64,000 nucleotides of DNA from Thermoplasmata archaeon (GTDB lineage Archaea > Thermoplasmatota > Thermoplasmata > Lutacidiplasmatales > UBA184), in the NCBI GenBank assembly GCA_027365105.1, contig DAHXNZ010000001.1, positions 35,290-99,289 of the forward strand. The letters run 5' to 3'. Positions 20,601 to 29,765 of the stretch are shown in pieces. The position numbers and the translations under genes were made by a program. The notes beneath the pieces are model-generated. The model made no database searches and had not been told where the DNA came from. It saw only the letters and a program-made list of their open reading frames with translations. Every line of letters begins with the position of its first letter. The first letter of the stretch is position 1.

Positions 20601-21711
20601 GGGGACCGTCACCGTCAACGGGAACTCCGTCACCGTGTCGATCGTCTGGACCGCCGTGACCTATCCGGTCGCGTTCCAGGAGACCGGACTCCCCACGGGA
20701 GCCGCGTGGAACGTTTCGGTCTCCAGTGGGGGTTCGGCGGAAGGGAGCGGCGCGATCCTGACAGTGGCGGTTCCGAACGGGACCTTCAACTATACCTTCA
20801 CCCCTCTCCTGAACGGGTACGCGACCGGACACGGGGTCCTGGTCGTGAACGGGAGCGGCGTCAACCGGACCGTCGTCTTTGTTCCGGTCCGGTATGTGAT
20901 CACCTTCCGGGCCCTCAACCTCACCCCGGGGGTCGAATGGTCGGTGACCCTGGGCGGCACTCCCGAGTCGACGACCAACGTGAGCCTGCGCTTCTCCGAG
21001 CCGAACGGGAGCTACCCCTATGTGATCGGCGAGGTCCCCGGATGGGCGACGACCGCCTATTCGGGTCAGCTCCGGGTGCTGGGAAGCTCCGTCGAGGTCA
21101 GTCGGACCTGGAGTCGGTTCGTCTATGAGGCCACCTTCACCGAGACCGGCCTCCCGGTCGGAGCCTCCTGGTGGGTGGTCGTGAACGGGACCCGGTCCAA
21201 CGCCTCCGGCGACCAGGCGGTCCTGCCCCTGGCCAACGGGACGTACCGATACTCGGTCGGGGTCGAGGACTCACGGTATGCCGCGGCGGGAGGACTCCTC
21301 CCGGTCCAAGGGTCGGCTCCGGTCGTAGAGGTTCCCTTTCGGCTGGTGACCTACCTCGTGACGGTGGTCACCGCCGGGGGACCCGCGGGCGCCGCCTGGT
21401 CGGTGACGATCAATGGGACCACCCAGCGGTCGACCGGCACGACCGCGGCCCTCGCCGAAGCGAACGGGAGCCACCCCTATCGGATCACGCCCCCGTCGGG
21501 CTACGACGCCCGACCCTCGTCCGGGACCCTCATCGTGAACGGGACCCCCACCGATCTCCCGGTCGAGTTCTCGAGCGGTTCGTCCGCCGGGGGCCTCTTC
21601 GCGGGAAGTGGAGCGGTCATCCTGATCTCCGGATTCGTTGCGGCGGCGGTCATCCTGGTCGCCTTCGGGATCTCGTACGGGCTCCGCCGCCGAGGTTCGG
21701 GCCGACCCTGA
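17632..21711 (+). CDS. membrane-anchored S53 (sedolisin/kumamolisin) protease fused to a thermopsin-like domain and FxETGLP surface repeats
   Basis: prodomain (PDYRHYLT), ENTLDLE, SSGDSG, RGVPD, GTSIASP, YDLVTGWG; then ASIQQN...YWVQNV; FQETGLP..WSV repeats; C-terminal TM followed by RRR. Confidence 0.92.
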   Translation: MRSPKTSRTARPRWSTTGWLVVAVAFLMLLPSASVFASAPAARSPTGAPGAVAAAVSGPRISVPTLADGAAPRSGGTPFRGNLSVFVSFRLQNQSALDRLLSGLNNPRSPDYRHYLTAGEFTRWFSPSTETYNQAQQYFSGLPGLSLSTYSDRVGLMVHGPAASIGRAFGVSLDRYASRTSAPFVAPIGSATLPESFGLQVLQVTGLDSRPTAQSDLQIGEHAVVSGAVAGIRTAGYPAPSTCYSGGQCLWGSDLQVAYDELALFNVTYPTHEVVATILWSGSNSSGQSVGPFVPSDISAYFNQTIPAGEPHPHFYGVPVNGAPKPGISASYDQSGANIENTLDLEMVGSTAPGASIYNVYGPSATYANLDNAFAYILNPNASVPGLKNVSVITNSWGGSDQNDSSWYQYLQEAQTRGITVLASSGDSGDNPNSSKWTGTGPEFPSTMAYDDFGVTAVGGTTLVVHDHPNTDPAQYLHIQSQIAWNVSATDTSDNGPAGSSGGISTVFSEPSWQNSTEANSVIQGKGRGVPDIAATANNTWMYASSAGSLLQYEVAGTSIASPLVAGLVAEVDALLAHTGQGALGFADPAIYTWANQMIAPMNSTATTGFLPTGSYNSTLPTLPFYDVTQGQNFVDHALYGYDLVTGWGSLDAYNFTMYVLHQNYSGAAFSLQGIRDRLDLAALNVTSYLSGGSVNTAYNASIQQNFFLGNSLGAPVYWVQNVVYINGSQATGWTLNYTGWVVFPFYGLYPTQSVYEYNFPAGTVLQMPQTFTMTSWISNNSTGAATMNFEVDSQHLTLPVPGAEYIIGGLNNSFFWQGTQYTNGPYPPGRPGGLAPQFGLVGGPSGGQGQFGAPTQGSLTISIEPTGSSVYTTPLGAETIAAGTSQTGETARNLAWQGSGANWTLGIQSGSTEQGVLAFAVFQGGNPAAGPSFPVNFQETGLPPGQTWSVLLAGGLGTSNSSTIQFLEGNGNYSFVVRPLPGYRVSPSSGTVTVNGNSVTVSIVWTAVTYPVAFQETGLPTGAAWNVSVSSGGSAEGSGAILTVAVPNGTFNYTFTPLLNGYATGHGVLVVNGSGVNRTVVFVPVRYVITFRALNLTPGVEWSVTLGGTPESTTNVSLRFSEPNGSYPYVIGEVPGWATTAYSGQLRVLGSSVEVSRTWSRFVYEATFTETGLPVGASWWVVVNGTRSNASGDQAVLPLANGTYRYSVGVEDSRYAAAGGLLPVQGSAPVVEVPFRLVTYLVTVVTAGGPAGAAWSVTINGTTQRSTGTTAALAEANGSHPYRITPPSGYDARPSSGTLIVNGTPTDLPVEFSSGSSAGGLFAGSGAVILISGFVAAAVILVAFGISYGLRRRGSGRP

Positions 21712-21745
21712 CGAGCCGCTTCGGCGGCCGACGGAACTCGTCGGT

Positions 21746-24259
21746 TCAGTTCGAGGGCGGTGCGGGAGGGGAATCCGACTCGGGCGGCTCTGCCGGCGCC
21801 TCCGGCGGGGCGGACGTCGAGACCGGACCGGCCTCGGGAGGGGGCGCCGCGGCTTGGGCGGCCTCCCGCTCCAGCCGCTCGACCTCGGCCCGGGCCCGTC
21901 GCACCCGGGACCGTTCGACAAGGCTGCTCACGGCCGAAGCGACGATGATCCCGGCGATCAGCAGGAGGACGTAGGGCGTGTACGGAGCGAGATACCCGTT
22001 GAGGAAATCGTAGCCCCGGTGCAGGAGGTCGATCACCTGCTGGACGAGCCCCTTCGAGGGCGCGGCAGTGAAGTTGACCGGGACCGGGGGAGGCGATGCC
22101 GAGGCGACCGTGAAGTTCCCTCGCCCCGGCGAGCCGGTGTAACCGGAGGGGGCCAGGGCCACGTAGGCGTAGAGGCCGCTCGACAGGTTGACCGTCAGGT
22201 TCCCTTGGGTGGTCGTGAAGCTCTGGCCGATGATCACAACCCCCCAACGGGCGCCGCCGGGGAGGCCATGGGAGACGAACGTGACCGCGTAGACCGGGCC
22301 GGTCACCGTCAGGGCATAGATGATCGGGGCCCCCCAGCCGGTGACCAGATCGTAGCCCGGGAGGGCCGAATAGACGAGGTTGCGGCCGGAGGTGATGTCG
22401 TAGAAGGAGGGAGTCGGCGAGAGTCCGCTGAACTGGGAGTTGCCCCGCTGATAGAGGAGGGGATTCAGGAATCCCTCCCACGGATGGCCCAAGGCCGAGT
22501 TGTACGCATCCATCTCCGCCACGAACCCCCCGAGCACCGGAGCCGCGATCGAGGTGCCCCAGACCTCGTAGAAGGGGGCCCCGGCCACGGAGGCGTTGGT
22601 GGCCAAGTAGAGCCGCCCGTCGACGGTGATCGTGATGAGGGTGTTGTTCGCCACCAGGGCGAGGTCCGGGACTCCCCGCCCCTTGCCCTGGATGACCGCA
22701 TTGGCTTCGGTCGTCCGCTGCCAGATCGGGGTCGGGAACGAGCTGCTGATCCCGCCGGTGGTGCCCGCCGGCCCGCCGTTTCCCGTCCCGGTCGAGATGT
22801 TCCAGACGACCTCGCTGGTCCGTTCGAGGTAGGCCGGGCTCGCCGGGTCGGACGCGACGGTCAGGGTCGTGCCGCCGACGGCCGTGTCTCCGAAGCCATC
22901 GTAGGCCATGGTGGCGGGAAACTCGACGCCGGAGTCGATCCACTTGCTGCTGGCCGGGTTGTTGCCGGAGTCGCCGGAGGAGGCAAGCACGGTGATCCCG
23001 CGGGCCTGGGCCTCCATGAGGTCGGCGTACCAGACCGAGTTGTTGCCGTCGCTGGCGCCCCAGGAGTTGGAGATCACGCTCACATTGGCGAGGGCCGGGT
23101 CGCTGAGGATCGTGGTGAACGCCTCGTCCAGGTACGTGACCGCGCTCGAAGGCCCGTAGACGTTGTAGATGGAGGCCCCCGGGGCGGTCGATCCGATCAT
23201 TTCCAGGTCGATGGTGTTCTCGGTCGACGCGCCGGTGACGTCGTAGCTCGCCGAGGCCCCGGGCGGTGGTGCCCCTCCGATCGGGATCCCGAAAACCTGG
23301 GACGCCGGCTCACCGGCGGGCAACGTTTCGTTGAGGTAGCTCTCGATGTCCGACGGGACGAAGGGGCCCACCGGAGTCCCGGACTCGTTGCTCCCCGACC
23401 AGAGGATGGTCGCGACCACCGCATGGACCGGGAGCACCTGATCCAGGAGCGGAAGCTCGTCGTACGCCACCTGGAACTCGGGGGCGTAGAGCATCTGGTT
23501 CTGACCAATCTGAACCGGGGGCAGGATTGTCCCGACCGGCGCTCCCGCCGCGCCGACAGTGCCTCCCGAGGGAGCCGCTCGAGCGGCGGCGCCGCCCAGC
23601 AGGTGCCCCTCCGCATAGTCGTTCAACCCGACCACCCCCGCGATTGCGCCGGCCAGGGAGCCGGGCAGGGTGGGAACTCCCGATACGGAGTAGTACGTCC
23701 CGCGGACGGGGTCGGTGCGTTCCTCGAACGTGGTGGCGAAGGCGGCGCCGACCTGCGAGGAGCTACCGGTCAGGGCGAGGGCGGTGCGCCCCGAAAAGGT
23801 CGTCACGTGGAGGCCGAACGACCGGAAGTAGCCGATTGCCGCCTGGTAGGTGGCCGCCGAAGGGCCGTAGAGCGCGTTGAACTGGGCACGGGTCAAGTAG
23901 CGATGGTACTGCGAGCTCGAGGGGTTTTGAAGGTCGGCCAGCAGCGCCGAGAGGCCGGCCGCATGGGCGAACTGAAGCTGGACCATCGCGGTGACCGTAC
24001 CCCGGTAGGGTCCCAGGACCGGATCGGACGCCGGGCCGGGATTCGCGATGGGCAGAGCCACTCGGCCGGTAGGGACAAGGATCGCGGCGACGGCTCCCCC
24101 GGTGCTCCGGGGTCCCGCCGAGGCGAGGGCGGGGCTCGTGACAATCACCACGGTGACGAGGAGGACGGGCAGGATCGAGGCGATGCGCCACCGTCGCGTC
24201 GAGGAATCTTCGGGGTTCGCCGAACCGGCGCCGCGGCGGGTCTCCTTCGGGCTACCCAC
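21746..24259 (-). CDS. S53 protease paralog, membrane anchored
   Basis: QYHRYLT, ENTIDLE, SSGDSG, RGVPD, GTSIAAP, YDLVTGWG; likely GTG start at 24259 before the signal peptide. Confidence 0.9.
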   Translation of the reverse strand: MGSPKETRRGAGSANPEDSSTRRWRIASILPVLLVTVVIVTSPALASAGPRSTGGAVAAILVPTGRVALPIANPGPASDPVLGPYRGTVTAMVQLQFAHAAGLSALLADLQNPSSSQYHRYLTRAQFNALYGPSAATYQAAIGYFRSFGLHVTTFSGRTALALTGSSSQVGAAFATTFEERTDPVRGTYYSVSGVPTLPGSLAGAIAGVVGLNDYAEGHLLGGAAARAAPSGGTVGAAGAPVGTILPPVQIGQNQMLYAPEFQVAYDELPLLDQVLPVHAVVATILWSGSNESGTPVGPFVPSDIESYLNETLPAGEPASQVFGIPIGGAPPPGASASYDVTGASTENTIDLEMIGSTAPGASIYNVYGPSSAVTYLDEAFTTILSDPALANVSVISNSWGASDGNNSVWYADLMEAQARGITVLASSGDSGNNPASSKWIDSGVEFPATMAYDGFGDTAVGGTTLTVASDPASPAYLERTSEVVWNISTGTGNGGPAGTTGGISSSFPTPIWQRTTEANAVIQGKGRGVPDLALVANNTLITITVDGRLYLATNASVAGAPFYEVWGTSIAAPVLGGFVAEMDAYNSALGHPWEGFLNPLLYQRGNSQFSGLSPTPSFYDITSGRNLVYSALPGYDLVTGWGAPIIYALTVTGPVYAVTFVSHGLPGGARWGVVIIGQSFTTTQGNLTVNLSSGLYAYVALAPSGYTGSPGRGNFTVASASPPPVPVNFTAAPSKGLVQQVIDLLHRGYDFLNGYLAPYTPYVLLLIAGIIVASAVSSLVERSRVRRARAEVERLEREAAQAAAPPPEAGPVSTSAPPEAPAEPPESDSPPAPPSN

Positions 24260-24951
24260 GGTAGGTCTGTGAGCGTGCCCGCATGATAAGGGTGTCGTGT
24301 CCCGGAGCCCTCGCCTCGACGCCTCGGGAAACCGACCGGAGCCACGGATCGCCGGAGCGCCGCGGTCGGGTCTGTCGCCTCCGGTAAAGCCCGTTCGGAA
24401 ATCGGCGGGAAGCTGGGCGGCCCGACGGACGCTCACGATCGCGGCCGGGGAGTCGATCATGGACCTCATTGGGATCGGTCCGGCCACGGCCTCCCGGGTA
24501 GAGAAGGGGCCCCTCGCGGAGTGCCGCCGGCCCTCGCGGACCGATATCGCTTCGCAGAGCGCTGCAGGGGGTCCTCCGGTAGGGCGAATCCCCGTGCCCG
24601 GGAGCGGACCCGGCCCAGGACGCGTAGCTCCCGGACCGACTTCAACCCCGAGGACCCCCCGGCCCCGAGGGATCGGGCGGGATGAGGGGAGTCGGGCCCT
24701 CATGGCCAAGGTGGGCGGATCCCTCGCCTTCGTCATCGCCCGCCGGAGTTCTCGGTCAACCCGATGACGCCAAGACCGGTCCAGGCGAGGGCCGGCGCGC
24801 AGTCGTTCACCCCGATCGACGTGCGGCATGCCAGGTTCGGGGCGCCGCTTCGACCCCGTCAACGCGGGGATGCGGCCCGCCCCATCCCCAGCCTGGGACC
24901 GTATGGCCAGCCCTTCACCCCCCGTGGGCCAAGCTCCCGAAGCGGAGCCGC

Positions 24952-25959
24952 TTACCCGGGAGCCGGGGCGGCCTCGGGGGATCGGATTCGACCGTAGCCC
25001 CGGATTGAAGCGTCCACCTCCGGAGGCGGCAGCCCGCCGAAGTCCAGGATGCCGAGAATCTCATCGACCCCCAAGGCTTCGTACTCGTCGAGGCGTCGCC
25101 GGACCTCCTCGGATGAACCGAGGAGGGCGAGGCCGGTCTCCTCGATCTGGCGGGCCGATGCCGCCGTCGGATCGGCGTTCACCTTCTGCCGATAGAACGT
25201 GCTGTAGGTCGCGAGCCGTCCGTCAAGGTACCGCTGGAGGGCCGTGCGGGCCAGGGCCGGTCGATCCCCCACATAGATGTGGACGGCCACCGCCACCTCC
25301 CCGTGAGGGGCGGGTCCCGAACGGCGGTACTCCCGGATCGCCTCCCCCAGCTCCCCGAGCGACCCGACCGTGGCGTAGGGGATCAAGGCGGCCGACGCGC
25401 CGGCCCGGGCCACGTACGGGATGGCCGCCTTCCGCTGGACGGCAATCCAGATCGGTGGGTGCGGCCGCTGGACGGGTTGCACGTTCAGTCGGACGGCGGA
25501 CGCGCCGGGCACCGGCGACCGGACCTCCTCCCCCCGCCACGCGGCCAGGATGGTGGCGAGGCCGGCATCGAACCGTTCGCGCTTCGACTTCGGGTCGACC
25601 CCGAACCCTTCGAGCTCGGTCGGGATGTAGCCGCTCCCGACGCCGAAGTTGAGCCGCCCCCCGAGAAGCTGGTCGACGACCGCGTACTGCTCGGCGATGG
25701 CGACCGGGTCATGCAGGGGCAGGACCGAGACCATCGACCCAAGCCGGAGCTTCCGGGTGACCTCCCCACAGGCGGCCAGCAGCGCCGGCGGGTGGGGGCA
25801 GAGCCCGCTCGGCTGGAAGTGATGCTCGGCCGTCCATAACCCGTGGAGGCCGGCGCGCTCGGCGGCCCGGGCGAGGTCCACCACCTCCCGCAGCCGGGAG
25901 CGGGCCGGGTCGGTCCCCGGGGGAAAGCCGTCTACGATGGTGAACGCGCTGAGCTTCAC
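24952..25959 (-). CDS. LLM-class flavin-dependent oxidoreductase
   Basis: WTAEHHF, LPLHDPVAIAEQYAVVDQLLGGRLNFGVGSG, PVQRPHPPIWIA. Confidence 0.92.
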   Translation of the reverse strand: MKLSAFTIVDGFPPGTDPARSRLREVVDLARAAERAGLHGLWTAEHHFQPSGLCPHPPALLAACGEVTRKLRLGSMVSVLPLHDPVAIAEQYAVVDQLLGGRLNFGVGSGYIPTELEGFGVDPKSKRERFDAGLATILAAWRGEEVRSPVPGASAVRLNVQPVQRPHPPIWIAVQRKAAIPYVARAGASAALIPYATVGSLGELGEAIREYRRSGPAPHGEVAVAVHIYVGDRPALARTALQRYLDGRLATYSTFYRQKVNADPTAASARQIEETGLALLGSSEEVRRRLDEYEALGVDEILGILDFGGLPPPEVDASIRGYGRIRSPEAAPAPG

Positions 25960-26062
25960 GGCCTCGGGAGCCGGGGAACCCCTAAATCGGCTCCGACTCC
26001 CAGCGGCCCGGTCCGGCTGCGGGCGGGGTCGCCCCGGCCGAGACCCGGGTCGACGGGGTCCC

Positions 26063-26072
26063 AAAGTATAAG
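26063..26072 (+). promoter_or_regulatory. BRE/TATA of tRNA-Ala
   Basis: AAAGTATAAG about 26-35 nt upstream of the tRNA 5' end. Confidence 0.6.
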
Positions 26073-26097
26073 GCCCGAGAGACTCCGGCCGGTCGGC

Positions 26098-26170
26098 GGG
26101 CTGGTAGATCAGTTGGAAGATCGCCGGTTTTGCAAACCGGAGGCCTCGGGTTCAAATCCCGACCAGTCCA
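26098..26170 (+). tRNA. tRNA-Ala(TGC)
   Basis: GGGCTGG/CCAGTCC-A acceptor with G3:U70, anticodon arm CCGGT-TTTGCAA-ACCGG, GGTTCAAATCCC. Confidence 0.95.
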
Positions 26171-26425
26171 TCGACCCCGATGGGCGGATGCCCCGAGCGG
26201 CCGGCGGACTCTGAAGGGGCTGGATCGCATGAACCCCCGAGGACGAGCCGACTCAGGGCCCCACCGAAGCCGCTCCCCGAACAGTGGACCCCGGTCCATC
26301 GCCCAAGCCCCCGAGGCATCCCGACCCCGCGGCTCGCAGGCGGGCCCTCGGTGCACCCGGCCCTCGGAACGGGCGGAGTTCCAACCCCCGGTAAAGCCTT
26401 TAGCCCGAACCGCTGCGGGAGGACC

Positions 26426-26881
26426 GTGGACGAGCCCCTCGATCCGATCCTCATCCAGGTGACGGTCCCCCTGCCGATCCCGATGATTTTCGCCGCCTTC
26501 ATCGATCCGGAGAAGGTCCAGGGCTGGCTCGCCGACCGGGCCGAGATCGTCCCCGAGGTCGGGGGCCGCTACCTGCTCGAATGGACCGGGGAGACCGGGT
26601 TCGTGAGCCGGGGATTGATCCGGGCGCTGACCGCGGATCTCGACCTCGACTTCACCTGGGAGGCCCCGCCCCCCTTTGCCGACCTCCTACGCTCGGCCCC
26701 CTCACCGAGCCATGTCTACGTCCGCCTCCAGGAATCCCCGGAAGGTATCGACGTGACGCTGGAGCACGATGGCTGGGGCGCGGGGGAGGACTGGGAGGAG
26801 GCCCGTTCGTGGCACTTCCACTTCTGGGATGAGCGGCTCCACCGGCTGAAGGTGTACCTGATCCGGGCCGCCTACGGCTGA
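26426..26881 (+). CDS. SRPBCC/AHSA1-like domain protein
   Basis: FAAFIDPEKVQGW, PEVGGRYLLEW, FTW, VTLEHDGW, W..RL..L pattern; GGAGG RBS before GTG. Confidence 0.8.
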   Translation: MDEPLDPILIQVTVPLPIPMIFAAFIDPEKVQGWLADRAEIVPEVGGRYLLEWTGETGFVSRGLIRALTADLDLDFTWEAPPPFADLLRSAPSPSHVYVRLQESPEGIDVTLEHDGWGAGEDWEEARSWHFHFWDERLHRLKVYLIRAAYG

Positions 26882-27069
26882 CCGGGCCCGGGAGCATACC
26901 GCGCGCAGGCGGCGGGGCCGCACAGGGCGCAAGGGCCGGTCGGGTCGAGCCGAAAACCCCCCGTGGGGCGGAGGGGGGCCACGACCATGTGGTGGGTGGG
27001 CAGATGGCCGCACCGGCAACGGACGGAGCGGTTCTCGATGGAGGGGGGAGGCGCGGACCGGACCGCCAT
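26872..27069 (-). CDS. small Cys/His zinc-finger-like protein
   Basis: CRCGH...HH...CALC...C pattern in 65 aa. Confidence 0.55.
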   Translation of the reverse strand: MAVRSAPPPSIENRSVRCRCGHLPTHHMVVAPLRPTGGFRLDPTGPCALCGPAACARYAPGPGQP

Positions 27070-27140
27070 GTCCGGGTCGTACGACCCGTCGGCCAAAAGG
27101 GTATCTGCGCGAGCCCCGTGCGACCGGTACGGGGGCCCCC

Positions 27141-27860
27141 ATGGAGGTCGAAGACTGCCCGCTGCCGGAGGACCGCTGGTACGATCGGAACTTGGAGCTC
27201 TGGCTCCGACCCGAGCCCGATGGAACGGCCCGGATCGGGATGACCGCCTCCTGGTCGGCGTTCCTGGGGCGGATCCTGCGGGTTGAATTCCGGACCCCGC
27301 GCGGGGTCCAGAGCCGGGGGTGGAGCCTCGCCACGGTGGAGTCGGCGCGGACCGCCGTTCCGTTCCGGCTGCCCCTGGATGCCGAGATCATCGCCCCGAA
27401 CCCGGTCCTGGCGGAGCGCCCCCGACGCATCAACGAGGATCCGTACGGCGACGGGTGGATCGGCCACCTCCGTCTGCCTCGCCCGGTCGAGCCGGAGATC
27501 GGCCTCGCGACCGCCGCGGAAATCCGGGAACCCCTCATCGACCAGATCCGCCGGCGGCACATCCAGTGCTGGCCGCTGCCCCCCGAGCAGGAGATGGTCG
27601 AGATCGGCCTCGAGTGCTCGGCGATCTTCGCCAAGCTCGACGAGGCGTTGGCCCGAATCGCCCCGGGCGAGGCGATCGTGCTCGTCACCGACGATCCGAC
27701 CAGCCCGATCGAGATCGCCCGTTGGACCGACCGGACCGGTCACCGGGTCCGGGCCGCCCGGCGCGGTCAGGGGCTCTTCAAGTTCCTGGTCGAGAGGGTC
27801 GAGCGGCCGGCGCCGCGGCGCCGATCGGCCTCGGGCGAACTCGAGCCCGACCCGGGATAG
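27141..27860 (+). CDS. GcvH/LbpA-like domain (lipoyl Lys replaced by Arg) fused to a TusA/SirA-like domain
   Basis: CPLPEDRWY, RIGMT, LATVESART, INEDPYGDGWI; C-terminal IGLECSAI...PGEAIVLVTDDPTSPIEIARW..RTGH. Confidence 0.8.
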   Translation: MEVEDCPLPEDRWYDRNLELWLRPEPDGTARIGMTASWSAFLGRILRVEFRTPRGVQSRGWSLATVESARTAVPFRLPLDAEIIAPNPVLAERPRRINEDPYGDGWIGHLRLPRPVEPEIGLATAAEIREPLIDQIRRRHIQCWPLPPEQEMVEIGLECSAIFAKLDEALARIAPGEAIVLVTDDPTSPIEIARWTDRTGHRVRAARRGQGLFKFLVERVERPAPRRRSASGELEPDPG

Positions 27861-27874
27861 TCGCCGATCGCCGC

Positions 27875-28732
27875 CTACGGCTTTTCGATCGGACTTCTCA
27901 CCTGGTTGCCCCACTCGGTCCAGGAGCCGTCGTAGTTCCGAACGTCGGGGTAGCCGAGGAGGTACTTGAGCACGAACCAGGTGTGGCTGGAACGCTCCCC
28001 GATCCGGCAGTAGGTGATCACCGGCCGTTCCGGCACGATCCCCCGGGACCGATACAGCTCCTCCAGCTCGGCCCGCGGCTTGAAGGTCCCGTCGTCGCGG
28101 ACCGCTTGAGCCCATGGGATGTTCCGGGCGCCGGGGATGTGACCCGCCCGCTGGGCGTGCTCGGTCGGGTACTCCGGCGGGGTGGATATCTCCCCGGAGA
28201 ACTCCTTCGGGCCGCGGACATCCACGAGCCCGATCCGGCCGCTCCGAACCTCCTCGAGCGCCCGCCGGACATCGTCGTAGTAGGCCCGCAACCGGGGATC
28301 CGGTGCCGAGGCGGTGAACCGCCCGGCTCCGACCGGCGGGATCTCCTGGCTGACCGGCCGGTCCTCGGCGATCCACTTTTTCCGGCCCCCGTTCATCAGT
28401 GCCAGGTGCTCGGCCCCGTAGTAGCGGAACGCCCAGAAGGCGAACGCCGCGAACCAGTTGTTGAAGTCACCGTAGAGCACGACCCGGGTATCCGGGTCGA
28501 TCCCGCAGCGTCGGAACAGCGCCGTGAGCGCTTCGGGGCTCAGGATGTCCCGACTGACCGGCGCGTTGACGTCCCGCTTCCAGTCGACCAGGTACGCCCC
28601 CGGGAGGTGGCTCAACTCGTAGTTGGCCGCCGGGTCATAGTCGACCTCGAGAATCCGGACCTTGGGATCCGTCAGATGCTCGGCGACCCACGCTGTCTCG
28701 ACCACGGCCTCAGGATGTGCGTACTCCGACAT
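27875..28732 (-). CDS. tandem-domain rhodanese (thiosulfate sulfurtransferase, TssA/CysA type)
   Basis: HLPGA, GHIPGA, active site YCRIGERSSH, NYDGSWTEWGN. Confidence 0.95.
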   Translation of the reverse strand: MSEYAHPEAVVETAWVAEHLTDPKVRILEVDYDPAANYELSHLPGAYLVDWKRDVNAPVSRDILSPEALTALFRRCGIDPDTRVVLYGDFNNWFAAFAFWAFRYYGAEHLALMNGGRKKWIAEDRPVSQEIPPVGAGRFTASAPDPRLRAYYDDVRRALEEVRSGRIGLVDVRGPKEFSGEISTPPEYPTEHAQRAGHIPGARNIPWAQAVRDDGTFKPRAELEELYRSRGIVPERPVITYCRIGERSSHTWFVLKYLLGYPDVRNYDGSWTEWGNQVRSPIEKP

Positions 28733-29278
28733 GGGCGATTCCACCGGCCGGAAGGCTTTCGGAATATAAGCTCGTCGATGTATCTAAATCCAGATGCCGA
28801 GGCCGGCCCGGGAGCCCGGCGGACCGGCGAGGGAAGCCCTCCGGGCACCCGGTCTCAAAGGGTCTGGGCCAGGGTCGGCCCGGCCCGTAAACGGGGTCGT
28901 CCGCGTCGGGGATCGCCGAGGGGAGAGGAGTCGGGCTCAGCGGATCCCCAGCTCAGCTCCGGGCTCCGCAGGAAGGGCAGAGGGTCATCGCCCGGATGGG
29001 CGAAGCCGGCGGGCGCATGCCCACCCCGGCGCTCGACCGGCACGGCTTCCAGATGCTCCGCCGACCAGGGGCCCCGACCATCCCACCGGATTCGCGGAGG
29101 CACCGCGCAAGGAGTTCGGGACGGACGGGGGGTCTGCGGAGGCTGAGCGCCGCCGTCCACGGTCTTGGGACGGGATCCTTCGGACCCGATGCGCGGCTGG
29201 GAGGCGGGAGTTCCTGGAGGCGGAGCGGTCGAAATTTCCCCTCAATCCGAGGGGTCAGTTCATCCAGGACGGGTCCGG

Positions 29279-29596
29279 CTATCCCCGACGGCCACGCTTC
29301 GGGAGCGGGGCATCGGAGATCTCGATCATTTCCGGATCGAAACCGAGTCGACCGAGTTCGGCCCGGATCCGGGTCCGGTGGTCGCCCTGGAGGTAGACCT
29401 CCCCGTCGACGACCGATCCCCCGGTCGCGAGCCGGTTCTTCAGCGCCCGGGTGGTCTCGGCGAGATCGACCCCCGGGGGGAAGCCGGAGATGACGGTCGC
29501 GGGCTTGTTGTACCGTCGCGGTTCGGCGCGCACCCGGATGCGGGCGCTCTCGCGATCCAACGCCGAGAGAATCTCATCAAATTCGTTGTTGCTCAT
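29279..29596 (-). CDS. SUI1-family translation initiation factor (aIF1)
   Basis: RRYNKPATVISG, LKNRLATGGSV, LQGDHR. Confidence 0.88.
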   Translation of the reverse strand: MSNNEFDEILSALDRESARIRVRAEPRRYNKPATVISGFPPGVDLAETTRALKNRLATGGSVVDGEVYLQGDHRTRIRAELGRLGFDPEMIEISDAPLPKRGRRG

Positions 29597-29765
29597 GGAC
29601 GGTTCGCCCGCCGGTTTCGACCGAGGAAATGGCGGACTGGAACCGACCCCACCCGCGCGGGGCGACGGCCTTCGAGGAGTTCGGGGCTCGACCGGAAAGG
29701 GGTGGGGTGCGGACGCACTGGAGAAGCTAGGCCACGCCCCCCTTTAGGCGTTGTGCTCGGTCGGC

